DNA of 64,000 nt, taken from contig JBOHZL010000004.1 in NCBI GenBank assembly GCA_050738495.1, positions 21,202 to 85,201 on the forward strand, read 5' to 3'. Source of the stretch: Steroidobacteraceae bacterium. GTDB lineage: Bacteria; Pseudomonadota; Gammaproteobacteria; Steroidobacterales; Steroidobacteraceae. The notes beneath the pieces were generated by a model. That model saw only the letters and a list, made by a program, of their open reading frames with translations, did no database searches and was not told the origin of the DNA. Position 1 is the stretch's first letter, and every line of letters starts with the position of its first letter. Made by a program: the position numbers and the translations under genes. This document shows positions 29,391 to 42,312 of this stretch, piece after piece.

Positions 29391-29719
29391 GCCGGCTTGT
29401 CGCGCGAGGCCTTCCGCAGCCGCTTCAGGAAGACCTCCATCTCGCGCGCTGCCTGGATGTCGCCGGCCTCGCGCGCGGCGGCGATGCCGCGCTCGTAAAC
29501 GCCGGCGGCGCGGTCCGGCGAGCCGGCGCGCACGTGCGCCTCGCCGAGCGCCTTCCAGGCCGCGGAGTAGCGCGGGTTCTGGTCCACGGCCTGGCGCAGG
29601 TGATCGATCGCGGTCACCAGGTCGCCGGCCTTCAGGCATTCCTGGCCGAGCGCGAAGCGCAGCAGCGGCGAATCCTGGCCGCGCTCGAGCATCAACTGGA
29701 GGTTTTCGCGCAGCCCCAT
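29387..29719 (-). CDS. small TPR-repeat protein
   Basis: 110 aa from MGLRENLQ with two or three TPR-like helices (...[27 protein letters not shown]...). Coupled at both ends (the start shares 1 nt with the trkH stop, the stop overlaps the dtd start). Confidence 0.6.
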   Translation of the reverse strand: MGLRENLQLMLERGQDSPLLRFALGQECLKAGDLVTAIDHLRQAVDQNPRYSAAWKALGEAHVRAGSPDRAAGVYERGIAAAREAGDIQAAREMEVFLKRLRKASRDKPA

Positions 29720-31170
29720 CAGCGCTGCCAGAAAGCAGGCGTCAGCAGGAGCAGGAGCGCGAAGATCTCGAGGCGGCCGATCAGCATCGCGATGGCGCAG
29801 ACCCACTTGGCCGAGTCGGACACGTCGCGGAAGGTCATCGTCACCTCTGCGAGCCCGGGCCCGACATTGTTGAGCGAGGCGGCGACCGCCGACCAGGCGG
29901 TGACCTGGTCCATGTCGAACATCAGCAGCAGCAGCATCAGCACCGCGAACACGATCAGGTACATCGCGAAGTACCCGCCGACGCCGATGATCACGCGCTC
30001 CGGCACCGGCCGACCGGCGAGCTTCACTGGGATCTCGGCATTCGGATGCACCAGTCGCTTCATCTCGGCCAAGCCTTGCCGGAACACGAGAATCCAGCGG
30101 ATCACCTTCATGCCGCCGGTGGTCGAGCCGGCGCAGCCGCCGACGAAGGACAGCAGCACGAGCAGCGCCGGCAGCGCGCCCGGCCAGTGCGCGAATCCCT
30201 CGGTCAGGAGACCGGTCGTGGTCTGCATCGACACGACCTGGAAGGCCGCATGACGGAGCGAACTCAGGAACGTCGGGAACTCGGCCATGGCCCAGAGATA
30301 GACGGTCGCAAACACGGTGACGGACGCCGTCAGCATCAGGTAGGCCTTGAACTCGGTGTCGTGCCAGTAGGTGCCCGGATCACGCCGCCTGAGCGCGGTG
30401 AAGTGCAGGGCGAAGCTCGCGCCGCCGAGGAACATGAAGACCGTCGCGACGTTTTCGATCACCGGGCTGTCGAAATGCGCGAGGCTCGCGTCGTAGGGCG
30501 AGAATCCCGCGGTCGCCACCGTGCTGAATGCATGCGAGATCGCGTCGAACCAGCCCATGCCGGCCGCCCAGTAGGCGACCACGCAGGCGACGGTCAGGCC
30601 GACATAGATGATCCACAGCGCCCGCGCCGTCTCGGTGATGCGCGGCGTCAGCTTCTGGTCCTTCATCGGTCCGGGCGTCTCGGCCTTGTAGAGCGACATG
30701 CCGCCGATCCCGAGCACCGGCAGGATCGCGACCGCCAGCACGATGATGCCCATGCCGCCCAGCCACTGGATCTGCTGGCGGTAATAGAGGATCGATTTCG
30801 GCAGCTCGTCGAGTCCGACGATCACGGTCGCGCCGGTGGTGGTGAACCCGGACACCGACTCGAATACGGCGTCGGTGAAGCTCATCCTCGGCACGTCGCT
30901 GAGGAACAGCGGCGTTGCGCCGGCGAGCCCGAGGAAAACCCAGAACACGGAGACGATCAGGAAGCCGTCCCGCAGCCGCAACTCGCGCTGCGCGCGCCGC
31001 GCCGGCAGCCACAGGAGCGTCCCGACCATGGCGATGATCACGAAGGACGCGAGGAACGGGGTCGAGTGCCCGTCGCCGTAGCCGAGCGAGACCCCGACCG
31101 GGGGCAGCATCGAGAGGCTGAACATCATCAGCATCAGCCCGAGGATCCGCTGCACCATCAGCAGGTTCAT
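29719..31170 (-). CDS. trkH: Trk system potassium uptake protein TrkH
   Basis: 483 aa polytopic protein with TrkH family blocks (…[14 protein letters not shown]…, …[13 protein letters not shown]…). Confidence 0.9.
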   Translation of the reverse strand: MNLLMVQRILGLMLMMFSLSMLPPVGVSLGYGDGHSTPFLASFVIIAMVGTLLWLPARRAQRELRLRDGFLIVSVFWVFLGLAGATPLFLSDVPRMSFTDAVFESVSGFTTTGATVIVGLDELPKSILYYRQQIQWLGGMGIIVLAVAILPVLGIGGMSLYKAETPGPMKDQKLTPRITETARALWIIYVGLTVACVVAYWAAGMGWFDAISHAFSTVATAGFSPYDASLAHFDSPVIENVATVFMFLGGASFALHFTALRRRDPGTYWHDTEFKAYLMLTASVTVFATVYLWAMAEFPTFLSSLRHAAFQVVSMQTTTGLLTEGFAHWPGALPALLVLLSFVGGCAGSTTGGMKVIRWILVFRQGLAEMKRLVHPNAEIPVKLAGRPVPERVIIGVGGYFAMYLIVFAVLMLLLLMFDMDQVTAWSAVAASLNNVGPGLAEVTMTFRDVSDSAKWVCAIAMLIGRLEIFALLLLLTPAFWQR

Positions 31171-32552
31171 GCGCGAGTTCCGGACTGGAACAGCCGGCCG
31201 ACCTCCTCCACGTGGCGGCGGTCGGTGAGGAACAGGATCACGTGATCCTCCGCCTCGATGACCGAGTCGTGATGCGCCATGATGACGTCGTTGCCGCGGA
31301 CGATCGCGCCGATGGTCGTGCCTTCCGGCAGCTTGATCTGCTCGATGCGCTTGCCGGCAACCGCGGAGTCGCGACTGTCGGCGTGGACAATCGCTTCCAT
31401 CGCCTCGGCCGCGCCGCGCCGGAGCGAGTGTACCCGCACGACGTCGCCGCGGCGGACGTGCGCAAGCAGCGCGCCGATCGTCACCGTCTGTGGCGAGATC
31501 GCGATGTCGATCGGACCGTTTTCCATCAGCTCCGCGTAGGACGGCTTGTTGATCAGCGCCATGACGCGGCGCGCGCCGAGCTTCTTCGCGAGCATCGCCG
31601 AGAGGATGTTCGCTTCTTCGGCATTGGTGACGGCGACGAAGGCATCGGCGTCGTCGATGTTCTCCTCGAGCAGCAGGTCCTCGTCGGCCGCATTGCCGGT
31701 CAGCACCAGCGTGTTGCGGAGCGTCTCGGCCGCGCGGCGGGCGCGCTCGGCGCTCCGCTCGATCAGTTTCACCTGCACGCGGTCCTCGAGCGCACGCGCG
31801 AGGCGGAAGCCGATGTTGCCGGCGCCGGCGATGACGACCCTGCGGACCCGCGCCTCCTCGGTGCTGAGCTCCTTCATCATGGCGCGCATGTCGTCGCGCG
31901 CGGCGACGAAGAACACCTCGTCGTGCTCCTCGATCGTGGTGTCGCCCTCGGGCTTGATGCTGCGCCCGGCGCGATAGATCGCGGCGACGCGCACCTCGCG
32001 GTCCGGGATGTGGGCCCGCAGCTCCTTCAGTTGATGACCGACCAGCTTGCCGCCGTGCAGCGCCCGCATGCCGACCAGGCGCACCCGGCCCTCGGCGAAC
32101 TCGAGCACCTGCAGGGCGCGCGGGTACTTGATCAGGCGCTCGACGTACTCCGTCACGAGCTGCTCCGGGCTGATCGCGAGATCGACCGGGATGGCGTTGT
32201 CGCCGAACAGCTCGGGCCGCTGGTGGTAGTCGGCCGAGCGGATGCGGGCGATCTTGGTCGGCGTCTTGAACAGCGTCCAGGCGATCTGGCAGGCGATCAT
32301 GTTGACTTCGTCGCTGCTGGTCAGCGCGACGATCAGGTCGGCGCCATTGCTGCCGGCAGCTTCCATGACCGCCGGGTGCGCGGCGTTGCCGGAGACGGTG
32401 CGGATGTCGAGCCGGTCCTGCAGGTCGCGCAGCGCCTCGTCGCGCGTGTCCACGACCGTGACGTCGTTGGCCTGTTCGCGTGCGAGCTGCTGCGCGGCGG
32501 AGCTTCCGACCTGGCCGGCGCCGAGAATGATGATCTTCAAGTCCGCTCCCAT
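31167..32552 (-). CDS. trkA: Trk system potassium uptake protein TrkA
   Basis: 461 aa, two Rossmann NAD folds (IIILGAGQVG; VVIAGAGNIG). 4-nt overlap with trkH. Confidence 0.9.
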   Translation of the reverse strand: MGADLKIIILGAGQVGSSAAQQLAREQANDVTVVDTRDEALRDLQDRLDIRTVSGNAAHPAVMEAAGSNGADLIVALTSSDEVNMIACQIAWTLFKTPTKIARIRSADYHQRPELFGDNAIPVDLAISPEQLVTEYVERLIKYPRALQVLEFAEGRVRLVGMRALHGGKLVGHQLKELRAHIPDREVRVAAIYRAGRSIKPEGDTTIEEHDEVFFVAARDDMRAMMKELSTEEARVRRVVIAGAGNIGFRLARALEDRVQVKLIERSAERARRAAETLRNTLVLTGNAADEDLLLEENIDDADAFVAVTNAEEANILSAMLAKKLGARRVMALINKPSYAELMENGPIDIAISPQTVTIGALLAHVRRGDVVRVHSLRRGAAEAMEAIVHADSRDSAVAGKRIEQIKLPEGTTIGAIVRGNDVIMAHHDSVIEAEDHVILFLTDRRHVEEVGRLFQSGTRA

Positions 32553-32630
32553 ACTAGCGCTGCGGCCAGCAATTCGTGCCGGATTCTAGCGCACGATCGG
32601 TGCAGCAGAGCCGGTCGCGCTGACAAGCCA

Positions 32631-32690
32631 GCCGGAACCTCGCGAGCGAGCGCGTAAGTTCCGGCGGCGCGAGCGAGCGAGGGTTCCGGC
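32631..32690. repeat. GC-rich repeat/hairpin element between uvrD and trkA
   Basis: gCCGGAACCtcgcGAGCGAGCGcgtaaGTTCCGGcggcgcGAGCGAGCGaGGGTTCCGGc, with nested inverted CCGGAAC(C)/GGTTCCGG arms and a direct GAGCGAGCG repeat. No T-run follows it. Confidence 0.4.
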
Positions 32691-32712
32691 AAGCGCAGTC
32701 CGGACGACCGGC

Positions 32713-34920
<2,208 letters not shown>

Positions 34921-34966
34921 GGGGCGCGCATTCTACAACTGTGCGCCGCCCGTCACGACCAGTCCG

Positions 34967-36034
34967 CTATCGGGATCGGCGCTCCGATTCCTGCGCGAAA
35001 CTGACCAGTTCGAGGGCCAGCGCGATCAGCACCGGCCCGAGGAACAGGCCGATCATTCCGAATGCCGCAAGACCGCCGATGACGCCGATGAAAATACCGA
35101 TCGTCGGCACGTAGGCGCGCCCCGCGATCAGGTGCGGCTTCAGGAAATTGTCCACGCTGCTGACGATCGCGCCCACCACGATGAGTCCGATGGCCGAGCC
35201 GTAGTGGCCCTGGACCAGCAGCACGATGACGGCCGGCACCCAGACCAGCGCCGTGCCGCCGAATGGGACGACGGACAGCAGCGCGCCCAGCACGCCGAAC
35301 ACGACCGGCGCCGGCAGCCCCACGATCGCGAAACCGACGCCGAGCAGCAGGCCCTGGATCATCGAGGTCAGTACGGTGCCGCGCACCACGGCGCGCGTGA
35401 CCGATGCCAGCTGCGCGGCGAGCTCGTTGCGCCGCTCGGGCTCGAGCGGCACCAGGCTCGCGACGCCACCCGCCATCGCGCGCCCGTCGCGGATGACGAA
35501 AAACAGGATGAAGAGCATCGCGGTAAAGGACAGCACCGTGCCGACCGCGCCGAGGAAGGCCGTGCCGCCGAGCGAGGCCAGGCGCTGGAGCAGGCGCTTG
35601 CCGCCCTCGAGCAACCAGGATTGCACCTCGAAGGCGCTGACCTGGGCATATTGGTCCAGCCAGGCGAGCACCGGCCCGACCAGCGGCAGATGACCGAGGT
35701 CGGCGAGGCTCCGCGCTTCCTGCTGCACGACCCATTGCTGGAGCATCGTTGCGAGCTCCGTGGCCTGCTGCGCGAACGTGACCGCAAGACCCGTCAGTGG
35801 GCCCACGAACAGGAGCAGCACCAGCATCGTCAGGATGAATGCAGCGATCGACGCCCGGCCGCGCAGTCTTCTGACCAGGCCCGCCTGCGTCGGCTGCAAC
35901 AGGAAACCGATGAACACGGCCCAGGCGATCGGCGCGAGGAAGGGCTCGAGAATGCGGTAGAGGAGATGGACGAGAAGCGCCAGGCAGGCAATCGCGAGGA
36001 TGCGCTCGTAGAACAGGGTGTCGGGCTTGCTCAT
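34967..36034 (-). CDS. AI-2E family transporter (PerM/UPF0118)
   Basis: 355 aa, ~8 TM, family-typical length and hydrophobic profile. Confidence 0.75.
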   Translation of the reverse strand: MSKPDTLFYERILAIACLALLVHLLYRILEPFLAPIAWAVFIGFLLQPTQAGLVRRLRGRASIAAFILTMLVLLLFVGPLTGLAVTFAQQATELATMLQQWVVQQEARSLADLGHLPLVGPVLAWLDQYAQVSAFEVQSWLLEGGKRLLQRLASLGGTAFLGAVGTVLSFTAMLFILFFVIRDGRAMAGGVASLVPLEPERRNELAAQLASVTRAVVRGTVLTSMIQGLLLGVGFAIVGLPAPVVFGVLGALLSVVPFGGTALVWVPAVIVLLVQGHYGSAIGLIVVGAIVSSVDNFLKPHLIAGRAYVPTIGIFIGVIGGLAAFGMIGLFLGPVLIALALELVSFAQESERRSR

Positions 36035-36462
36035 GCGGGCAATTTCTCGATGGCGGCGCGCAGCCGCGCGGCCTGCTCGGCCAGCGCCGCGTCGTCCGCC
36101 TTCGCGGCGGCATGGATGCGAAGTTCCTTGCCGGCATAGCGCGGGATCACGTGGAAGTGCAGATGAAACACGCTCTGTCCCGCCGCGGGGCCGTTCAACT
36201 GGGCGATCATGACGCCGGGCGGCGCGAAGACCTGCTGCACGGCTTTCGCGACCTTCTGCGCGGTGCGCACCGCCGCGGCCACCGACTCTGGCGGCGTGGT
36301 AAAGACGTCTTCGCCCGCGCTTTTCGGAATGACCAGGGCGTGGCCCTCGGCCTGCGGCATGATGTCCATGAATGCGATCGTGTCGGCGTCCTCGTAGATC
36401 CGGTGGCAGGGAATCTCGCCGCGGACGATGCGCGCGAAGATGTTGTCCTGGTCATAGGCCAT
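36031..36462 (-). CDS. HIT family protein
   Basis: 143 aa from [19 protein letters not shown]... with histidine triad HLHFHVIP. ATGA overlap with the AI-2E gene. Confidence 0.88.
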   Translation of the reverse strand: MAYDQDNIFARIVRGEIPCHRIYEDADTIAFMDIMPQAEGHALVIPKSAGEDVFTTPPESVAAAVRTAQKVAKAVQQVFAPPGVMIAQLNGPAAGQSVFHLHFHVIPRYAGKELRIHAAAKADDAALAEQAARLRAAIEKLPA

Positions 36463-37423
36463 GACGGGCCTCCAGCTCGAGTTCGATCGAGACCAGGCAA
36501 TGATCGGGCCAACGCTTGCCTGACGGATAGTCCCAGACGCGAAACGACCCGGCCACGAGCTGCCTGGCGAGCCGGCGGCCGAGCACGAAGTGGTCGATGG
36601 GCACGCGCTTGCCATGCCCGTTGGCGCAGCCGACCGGGCCGTAGTCTGAGCCGGCATTGACCAGATCGGCATCGGCCGGGTCGCCATCGTCGATCTCGGG
36701 CCACATCGCGGCGATCCGCCCCGACGCATCGCGCGGCTGCTTCGATTCGCGGTCGAAGCGCCGGTTGAAATCGCCGATCACCGCGAATGCGCTGCCGGCC
36801 CGCGCGCGCCGGTCGATCCATTGCTCGAGCACCGGCACCTGCTGCCGCAGCACCTGGCAGTCCGGCCGGTCGGCCGTCAGCGGGTCGCGGTTGCAGCCCG
36901 ATTTCAAGTGCACCGACAGGAGCCGGAGCTCGCGCCTGGTGCCGGGAAAGAGCGTCAGGTCCGCGCCCCAACGCACGTCGTCGTCTTCGAGCCCGAGCGC
37001 CCGATAGTCGTCGTTGCAGCGAAACGGGATGCCGCGGCGGATCGCGAAGCCGACATTCTGCACGTGCTTGCGGCGCGTGAAGCAGAATGCGCGGCCCGGA
37101 AAAAGCTGCGCAGCCGCCTCGGGACCGTCGGTTTCCTGGAGCGCGATCACGTCGAGCGGGAGCGTGGCCGCGAAGGCCCGCAGCCGCGCCAGCTCCTCCG
37201 CGCTCCAGCGCCCATGCGGCGCGAGGTTGCAGGGAATCGCCCGCTCGCGGCCGCCCGCGCGATGGCCGGAACCGAGGCAGTTCGCGGCCAGCGCATCGAA
37301 GGTGGCCGGCGTCATCATCCATTCGAGATTCCAGGTCGCGATCGAAAGCCGCTCCGCGTCGGCGGCGGTCGCGGTGGGCGCGGCGAGCGCGAGCAGGACG
37401 AGCGCCAGGCCGGCGCGGGTCAT
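36452..37423 (-). CDS. secreted endonuclease/exonuclease/phosphatase (EEP) family protein
   Basis: Signal peptide [20 protein letters not shown]. Also ...IATWNLEW..., ...DVIALQE..., ...IGDFN..., ...DH... EEP catalytic blocks. Confidence 0.75.
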   Translation of the reverse strand: MTRAGLALVLLALAAPTATAADAERLSIATWNLEWMMTPATFDALAANCLGSGHRAGGRERAIPCNLAPHGRWSAEELARLRAFAATLPLDVIALQETDGPEAAAQLFPGRAFCFTRRKHVQNVGFAIRRGIPFRCNDDYRALGLEDDDVRWGADLTLFPGTRRELRLLSVHLKSGCNRDPLTADRPDCQVLRQQVPVLEQWIDRRARAGSAFAVIGDFNRRFDRESKQPRDASGRIAAMWPEIDDGDPADADLVNAGSDYGPVGCANGHGKRVPIDHFVLGRRLARQLVAGSFRVWDYPSGKRWPDHCLVSIELELEARHGL

Positions 37424-39366
37424 TTTTTGCCCTGGCGCCGGTTGGCGACCAGATCGTCGACGTCCGCGGGATCGGCGAGCGTCGAGGTGTCGCCGAGCTG
37501 GTCATGCTCGCCGGCCGCGATCTTGCGCAGTATCCGGCGCATGATCTTGCCGGAGCGCGTCTTGGGGAGACCCGGCGCCCACTGGATGTGATCCGGCTGC
37601 GCGATCGGGCCGATTTCCTTGCGTACCCATTGCGCGAGCTCGGTGCGAAGCGGCTCGGTCGGCGTCTCGCCGGACACGAGCGTCACGTAGGCGTAGATGC
37701 CCTGGCCCTTGATGTCGTGCGGGAAGCCGACCACGGCGGCCTCGGCCACTTTGGCATGCGCGACCAGCGCGCTCTCGACCTCGGCCGTGCCGATGCGGTG
37801 CCCGGAGATGTTCATCACGTCGTCCACGCGGCCCGTGATCCACCAATAGCCGTCCTCGTCGCGGCGCGCGCCGTCGCCGGTGAAGTACTTGCCGCGGAAC
37901 GTCGTGAAATAGGTGCTGATGAAGCGCTCGTGATCGCCGTAGACGGTGCGCATCTGCCCCGGCCAGCTGTCGAGGATGACGAGGTTGCCGTCGGCGGCGC
38001 CTTCCAGCACCCGACCCTCGCCGTCGACCAACGCCGGCTGCACGCCGGGCAGCGGCAGGGTCGCCGAGCCGGCCTTCAGGTCGGTCGCGCCCGGCAAGGG
38101 CGAAATCAGGATCCCGCCGGTTTCGGTCTGCCACCAGGTGTCGACGATCGGGCAGCGGCCGTCGCCGACCACGCGGTGATACCACTCCCAGGCCTCGGGA
38201 TTGATCGGCTCGCCGACCGTGCCCAGGAGCCTGAGCGATGCGCGCGACGCGGCCTTGACCGGCGCGTCGCCGTCGCGCATCAGCGCGCGGATCGCGGTCG
38301 GCGCGGTATAGAAGACCGTGACCAGGTGCTTGTCCACGACGCGCCAGAAGCGCGACGTGTCCGGGTAGTTCGGCACGCCCTCGAACATGAGGCTGGTGGC
38401 GCCATTCGATAGCGGTCCGTAAACGATGTAACTGTGCCCCGTGACCCAGCCGACGTCGGCCGTGCACCAGTAGATGTCCTCCTCGCGGTGGTCGAAGACG
38501 GCCGCGAAGGTGAAGTTCACGTACACCAGGTACCCGCCGCTGGTGTGCAGCACGCCCTTCGGCTTGCCGGTGGAGCCGGAGGTGTAGAGGATGAACAGCG
38601 GATCCTCCGCGTTCATGCGCTCGGGCTCGCAGCTGGCCGGTTGCGCCGCCACCAGCTCCTCGTAGCGCTGGTCGCGCCCTTCCACCCAGGCGAGCTTTGC
38701 GCCCGTGTTCCGCACCACCACGACGTTCCTGACGGGGAGTTTCCATGACGCGATCGCCGCGTCCACGTTCGTCTTCAGCGGGATCTTCCGGCCGCCGCGC
38801 AAGCCCTCGTCGGCGGTGATGACGAGCGTGGACTCGCAGTCCTCGATGCGCCCGGCCAATGACTCGGGCGAAAAGCCGCCGAACACCACGGAGTGCACCG
38901 CGCCGATCCGCGCGCAGGCGAGCATCGCGACCGCCGCCTCCGGGATCATCGGCATGTAGATCGTGACGCGGTCGCCTTTCCTGACGCCGAGCGCGCGCAA
39001 GGCATTGCCGAGGAGGCAGACCTGCTCGTGGAGCTCCCGATAGCTGACCCGCCGCGATACCGAGGGGTCGTCGCCTTCGAACAGGAGCGCTGTCTTGTCG
39101 CCGCGCCTGGCGAGCTGGCGATCGAGGCAGTTGACGGAGACGTTGAGCTCGCCGTCCTCGTACCAGCGCAGGCGGAAGTCCGCCGGGTCGAAGCTGGTGT
39201 CCTTGATGCGGGTCGGGAAGCGCATCCAGTCGACGCGCCTTGCGATGCCCGCCCAGAACGCCGCCGGGTCGCGCTGGGACTCCTCGACCATCCGGCGGTA
39301 GTCCGCGCCCTTGATGACGGCCTTGGCCGCGAAGGCCTGCGGCACCGGGTGCTTGTGGACGTCCAT
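37420..39366 (-). CDS. acs: acetyl-coenzyme A synthetase
   Basis: 648 aa. ...[15 protein letters not shown]..., AMP-binding motif [12 protein letters not shown]-terminal ...[17 protein letters not shown]. Confidence 0.93.
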   Translation of the reverse strand: MDVHKHPVPQAFAAKAVIKGADYRRMVEESQRDPAAFWAGIARRVDWMRFPTRIKDTSFDPADFRLRWYEDGELNVSVNCLDRQLARRGDKTALLFEGDDPSVSRRVSYRELHEQVCLLGNALRALGVRKGDRVTIYMPMIPEAAVAMLACARIGAVHSVVFGGFSPESLAGRIEDCESTLVITADEGLRGGRKIPLKTNVDAAIASWKLPVRNVVVVRNTGAKLAWVEGRDQRYEELVAAQPASCEPERMNAEDPLFILYTSGSTGKPKGVLHTSGGYLVYVNFTFAAVFDHREEDIYWCTADVGWVTGHSYIVYGPLSNGATSLMFEGVPNYPDTSRFWRVVDKHLVTVFYTAPTAIRALMRDGDAPVKAASRASLRLLGTVGEPINPEAWEWYHRVVGDGRCPIVDTWWQTETGGILISPLPGATDLKAGSATLPLPGVQPALVDGEGRVLEGAADGNLVILDSWPGQMRTVYGDHERFISTYFTTFRGKYFTGDGARRDEDGYWWITGRVDDVMNISGHRIGTAEVESALVAHAKVAEAAVVGFPHDIKGQGIYAYVTLVSGETPTEPLRTELAQWVRKEIGPIAQPDHIQWAPGLPKTRSGKIMRRILRKIAAGEHDQLGDTSTLADPADVDDLVANRRQGKK

Positions 39367-39369
39367 GTC

Positions 39370-40224
39370 CTAGAGGTCCGCGGCCTTGAATGTGTCGCAG
39401 CCCTCGAAGGAGCCGCCTTCGAAGCCTTTGAGGAACCAGCGCAGCCGCTGCTCCGAGCTGCCATGCGTGAAGGAGTCCGGCACGACCGCGCGGCCGGCGC
39501 CCTGCTGCAGTCGATCGTCGCCGATCGCGCTCGCGGTGTTCATCGCCTCCTCGATATCGCCCGGCTCGAGCACGCCCGCGCGGCTTTCCGCGCGCTGCAC
39601 CGAGAGGCCGGCATAGCAATCGGCCTGCAACTCGAGCCGCACCGAGAGCTGGTTGGCCTCGACTTCGCCGACGCGCTGCTGCAGTTCATGAACCTGCCCG
39701 GATTTGCCGACCAGGTTCTGGACGTGATGCCCGACTTCGTGGGCCACGACATAGGAACGGCCGGCGTCGCCCTTGGCGCCGAGCTGCGCCTGCATCTGGC
39801 CCAGGAATGTCAGGTCGATGAACAGGCGCTGGTCGGCCGGGCAATAGAACGGACCCATCGCCGCCTGCGCGGAGCCGCAGGCGGATTCGACCGCGTCGCT
39901 GAACAGCACCAGCGTCGGCGTCTGGTAGGCACCGCCGAGCTTCGAGAATTCCGCGCTCCAGGCGTCCTCGGTGTCCGCGAGCGCGACCGCGATCTGCTGG
40001 CGCCATTCCGCCTCCTGCTGCGACTCGACGTAGGACTCCTGGGTCGCGGGGTCGGCCGGGCCGGTGCTGACGCCCTGCATCACGACCGAGGGATCGACGC
40101 CGAAATACATCGCGACCAGCACCAGCACCACCGTGCCGATGCCGCCGCCGACCACGCCGCGGCCGACCCGCATGCCGCGGCGGTCCTCGATGTTCTCGCT
40201 CTGCCTGCGTCCACGCCATTTCAT
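39370..40224 (-). CDS. YpfJ-family neutral zinc metallopeptidase
   Basis: MKWRGRRQSENIEDRRG..., an N-terminal TM segment, and the HEVGHHVQ zinc site. Confidence 0.85.
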   Translation of the reverse strand: MKWRGRRQSENIEDRRGMRVGRGVVGGGIGTVVLVLVAMYFGVDPSVVMQGVSTGPADPATQESYVESQQEAEWRQQIAVALADTEDAWSAEFSKLGGAYQTPTLVLFSDAVESACGSAQAAMGPFYCPADQRLFIDLTFLGQMQAQLGAKGDAGRSYVVAHEVGHHVQNLVGKSGQVHELQQRVGEVEANQLSVRLELQADCYAGLSVQRAESRAGVLEPGDIEEAMNTASAIGDDRLQQGAGRAVVPDSFTHGSSEQRLRWFLKGFEGGSFEGCDTFKAADL

Positions 40225-40251
40225 GTCGCTTGCCTCCCGCGCGCGCCTGAT

Positions 40252-41175
40252 TCAGCCGAACGGGCTCGGCAGGTAATGGTCGACCAGCAGCGCGGCGAAC
40301 AGCAGCGCGAGGTAGTTGATCGAGAAGCGGAAGACCCGCATCGGCAGATCGGGACGGTCGGAATTCCGCAGGAGCCAGGCTTGTCGCAGGAATTGTCCGT
40401 CCAGCACCAGCGCGGCGGCCAGGTAGAAGAATCCGGCCATGCCGGTGAGGAAAGGCATCATCGTCACGACCGAGAGCAGCACCGTGTAGTACCAGATGAA
40501 CTGCTTGGTGTAGGCGACGCCGTGCGTCACCGGCAGCATCGGGATGCCGACGCGCGCGTACTCGTCGCGGCGCGCGATCGCGAGCGCCCAGAAATGCGGG
40601 GGCGTCCAGGCGAAGATGATCAGGAACAGCAGCAGCGCGTCGGCATTGACGGCACCCGTCACCGCGGCCCAGCCGAGCACCGGCGGGGCGGCGCCCGCCG
40701 CGCCGCCGATCACGATGTTCTGGGGCGTCGCGCGCTTGAGCCAGACGGTGTAGATGATCGCGTAGCCGATGATGGAGAAGAAGGTCAGGATCGCGGTCAG
40801 TGCGTTGACCAGGAGCGCGAGCACGAGCATCGAGCCTGCGCCCAGCACGAAGGCGAACGACAGCGCGTAGGCCTCGGACACCGTGCCGCGCGGCAGGGGG
40901 CGGAAACGGGTGCGCGCCATCTCCGCGTCGATGCGCGCATCCAGCACATGATTGATCGCGGCCGCGGACGAGGCGGCGAGCGCGATGCCGATCGTGCCCC
41001 AGACCAGCGCGGCGGCGGGCGGGAAACCCGGCACTGCGAGGAACATGCCGACGATCGCGGTGAACATGATGAGCGACACGACCTTCGGCTTGGTCAGCTC
41101 GAAGTAGGCGCGCGCCCGGCTCCGGCCAGGGGCGGCGGCGCCGGCGCTCTGTTCCCGTGTCGTCATGAGGCTCAC
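40252..41175 (-). CDS. cyoE: protoheme IX farnesyltransferase (heme O synthase)
   Basis: 307 aa UbiA-family prenyltransferase (…[10 protein letters not shown]…, …NHVLDARID…[10 protein letters not shown]…). Confidence 0.9.
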   Translation of the reverse strand: MSLMTTREQSAGAAAPGRSRARAYFELTKPKVVSLIMFTAIVGMFLAVPGFPPAAALVWGTIGIALAASSAAAINHVLDARIDAEMARTRFRPLPRGTVSEAYALSFAFVLGAGSMLVLALLVNALTAILTFFSIIGYAIIYTVWLKRATPQNIVIGGAAGAAPPVLGWAAVTGAVNADALLLFLIIFAWTPPHFWALAIARRDEYARVGIPMLPVTHGVAYTKQFIWYYTVLLSVVTMMPFLTGMAGFFYLAAALVLDGQFLRQAWLLRNSDRPDLPMRVFRFSINYLALLFAALLVDHYLPSPFG

Positions 41176-41193
41176 GATGCTAGCACGGCGGAA

Positions 41194-42126
41194 TCAGGGT
41201 TCCGGCGGCAGCCCGGTCGCCGCCGAGGCGCGCCGCACGACCGACCCGATGAGCTCGCGCAGGAAGCCCGAAAAGACCCGCACCCGCGCCAGGCGCTGGG
41301 CTGCCGGCGTGTGGACGATGGAAAGCGGCGGGCCGCTTTGCGTGTGCTCGGGCAGGAGCACGACCAGGCTGCCCTCGGCCAGCGCGCGAGCCGCCAGCAG
41401 GTCCATCGTCTGGGTGATGCCGGCGCCGTTCGCGGCCGCCAGCATCACGGCTTCCGCCTCGTTGACGGTCAGGCGGAATTGCGGCTCGAATGGTCTTGCA
41501 GGCTCGCCGGAAAAGACCCAGGGCCGGGCCTGGGCGGCGTCGGCCGGTATCGAGCCGATCAGGATGTGATCCGCGAGATCCTCGAGGCGTTGCGGCCGCC
41601 CGTGCTCGGCCAGATAGACGGGCGATGCGCAGGTGATCCAGCGCGAGCCGCAGGCCCGGATCGCCACCAGATTCGGGTCCGTGACGGTGCCGGCGCGCAC
41701 CGCGAGATCGACGCCCTCGCGCACGATGTCCACGACCCGCTCGTTGAAACGGAGGTCCAGGTCGATGCCAGGATAGCGCGCCAGGAACTCAGGCAGTGCC
41801 GGCAGCAGGATGTGCCGGCCGAAGGAGCCGGGCACATCCACGCGCAGCCGCCCGGCCGGTTGTTCCTGCGCGCGGCGCAGCGTTTCCTCGGCGGAAACCA
41901 GCTCCGCGAAGATCCGGCGGCAATGCGCCTGGTACTCGATGCCGGCGGGCGTGAGCGCGACTTTTCGGGTGGTGCGGTTCAGGAGGCGCAGCCCGAAGCG
42001 GCGCTCGAGCCGGCGCACGTGCGTGCTCACCATGGCCCGCGACAGCCCGAGCTCTTCGGCCGCGCGTGTAAATGAGCCGAGCTCCGCTACGCGGCTGAAT
42101 GCCTGCATGGCATGGAGGAGTTCCAT
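41194..42126 (-). CDS. LysR family transcriptional regulator
   Basis: 310 aa. N-terminal HTH ...FSRVAELGSFTRAAEELGLSRAMVSTHVRRLE... Its stop is 18 nt upstream of the cyoE start. Confidence 0.88.
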   Translation of the reverse strand: MELLHAMQAFSRVAELGSFTRAAEELGLSRAMVSTHVRRLERRFGLRLLNRTTRKVALTPAGIEYQAHCRRIFAELVSAEETLRRAQEQPAGRLRVDVPGSFGRHILLPALPEFLARYPGIDLDLRFNERVVDIVREGVDLAVRAGTVTDPNLVAIRACGSRWITCASPVYLAEHGRPQRLEDLADHILIGSIPADAAQARPWVFSGEPARPFEPQFRLTVNEAEAVMLAAANGAGITQTMDLLAARALAEGSLVVLLPEHTQSGPPLSIVHTPAAQRLARVRVFSGFLRELIGSVVRRASAATGLPPEP

Positions 42127-42228
42127 GCCCGTATTGGATAATAAAAATGAACAATAAAGTCAATATTGAGTGATTTATCGGAACAACGGTCGCCGGTACC
42201 GTCATCCCACGGCTTGCGAGGTGATGAC

Positions 42229-42312
42229 ATGTTTTCCTTCCATCGTTCGGCATTGGCAGTCTGCGCGGCACTGCTGATCGCTGCGTTGCCCTTGCTGTTG
42301 CAGTACCTCTGA
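42229..42312 (+). CDS. candidate 27-aa hydrophobic small ORF divergent from the LysR gene (speculative)
   Basis: MFSFHRSALAVCAALLIAALPLLLQYL, with AGGTGA 4 nt upstream of the ATG. Not in the ORF track. No homology evidence available. Confidence 0.2.
   Translation: MFSFHRSALAVCAALLIAALPLLLQYL

Noticed and set aside
32583-32588. TAGAAT hexamer (minus strand) about 30 nt upstream of trkA, as a promoter -10
   Set aside because: No acceptable -35 at 16-18 nt. A single hexamer match is not enough to annotate a promoter.
38893-42075. 1060-aa + strand ORF, one of several very long ORFs (others: 4589-6562 -, 13861-15747 -, 17710-19542 -, 22121-24187 +, 29389-31245 +, 46791-48899 -, 57608-59332 +)
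   Set aside because: All lie antisense to or out of frame with strongly conserved genes (acs/ypfJ/cyoE/LysR, TBDR, ABC importer, glpT, OPT, trkH, RND, coxA). Their translations are Arg/Ala/Gly/His/Asp-rich low-complexity strings with no recognisable motifs. This is the expected stop-codon-poor artefact of very high GC.
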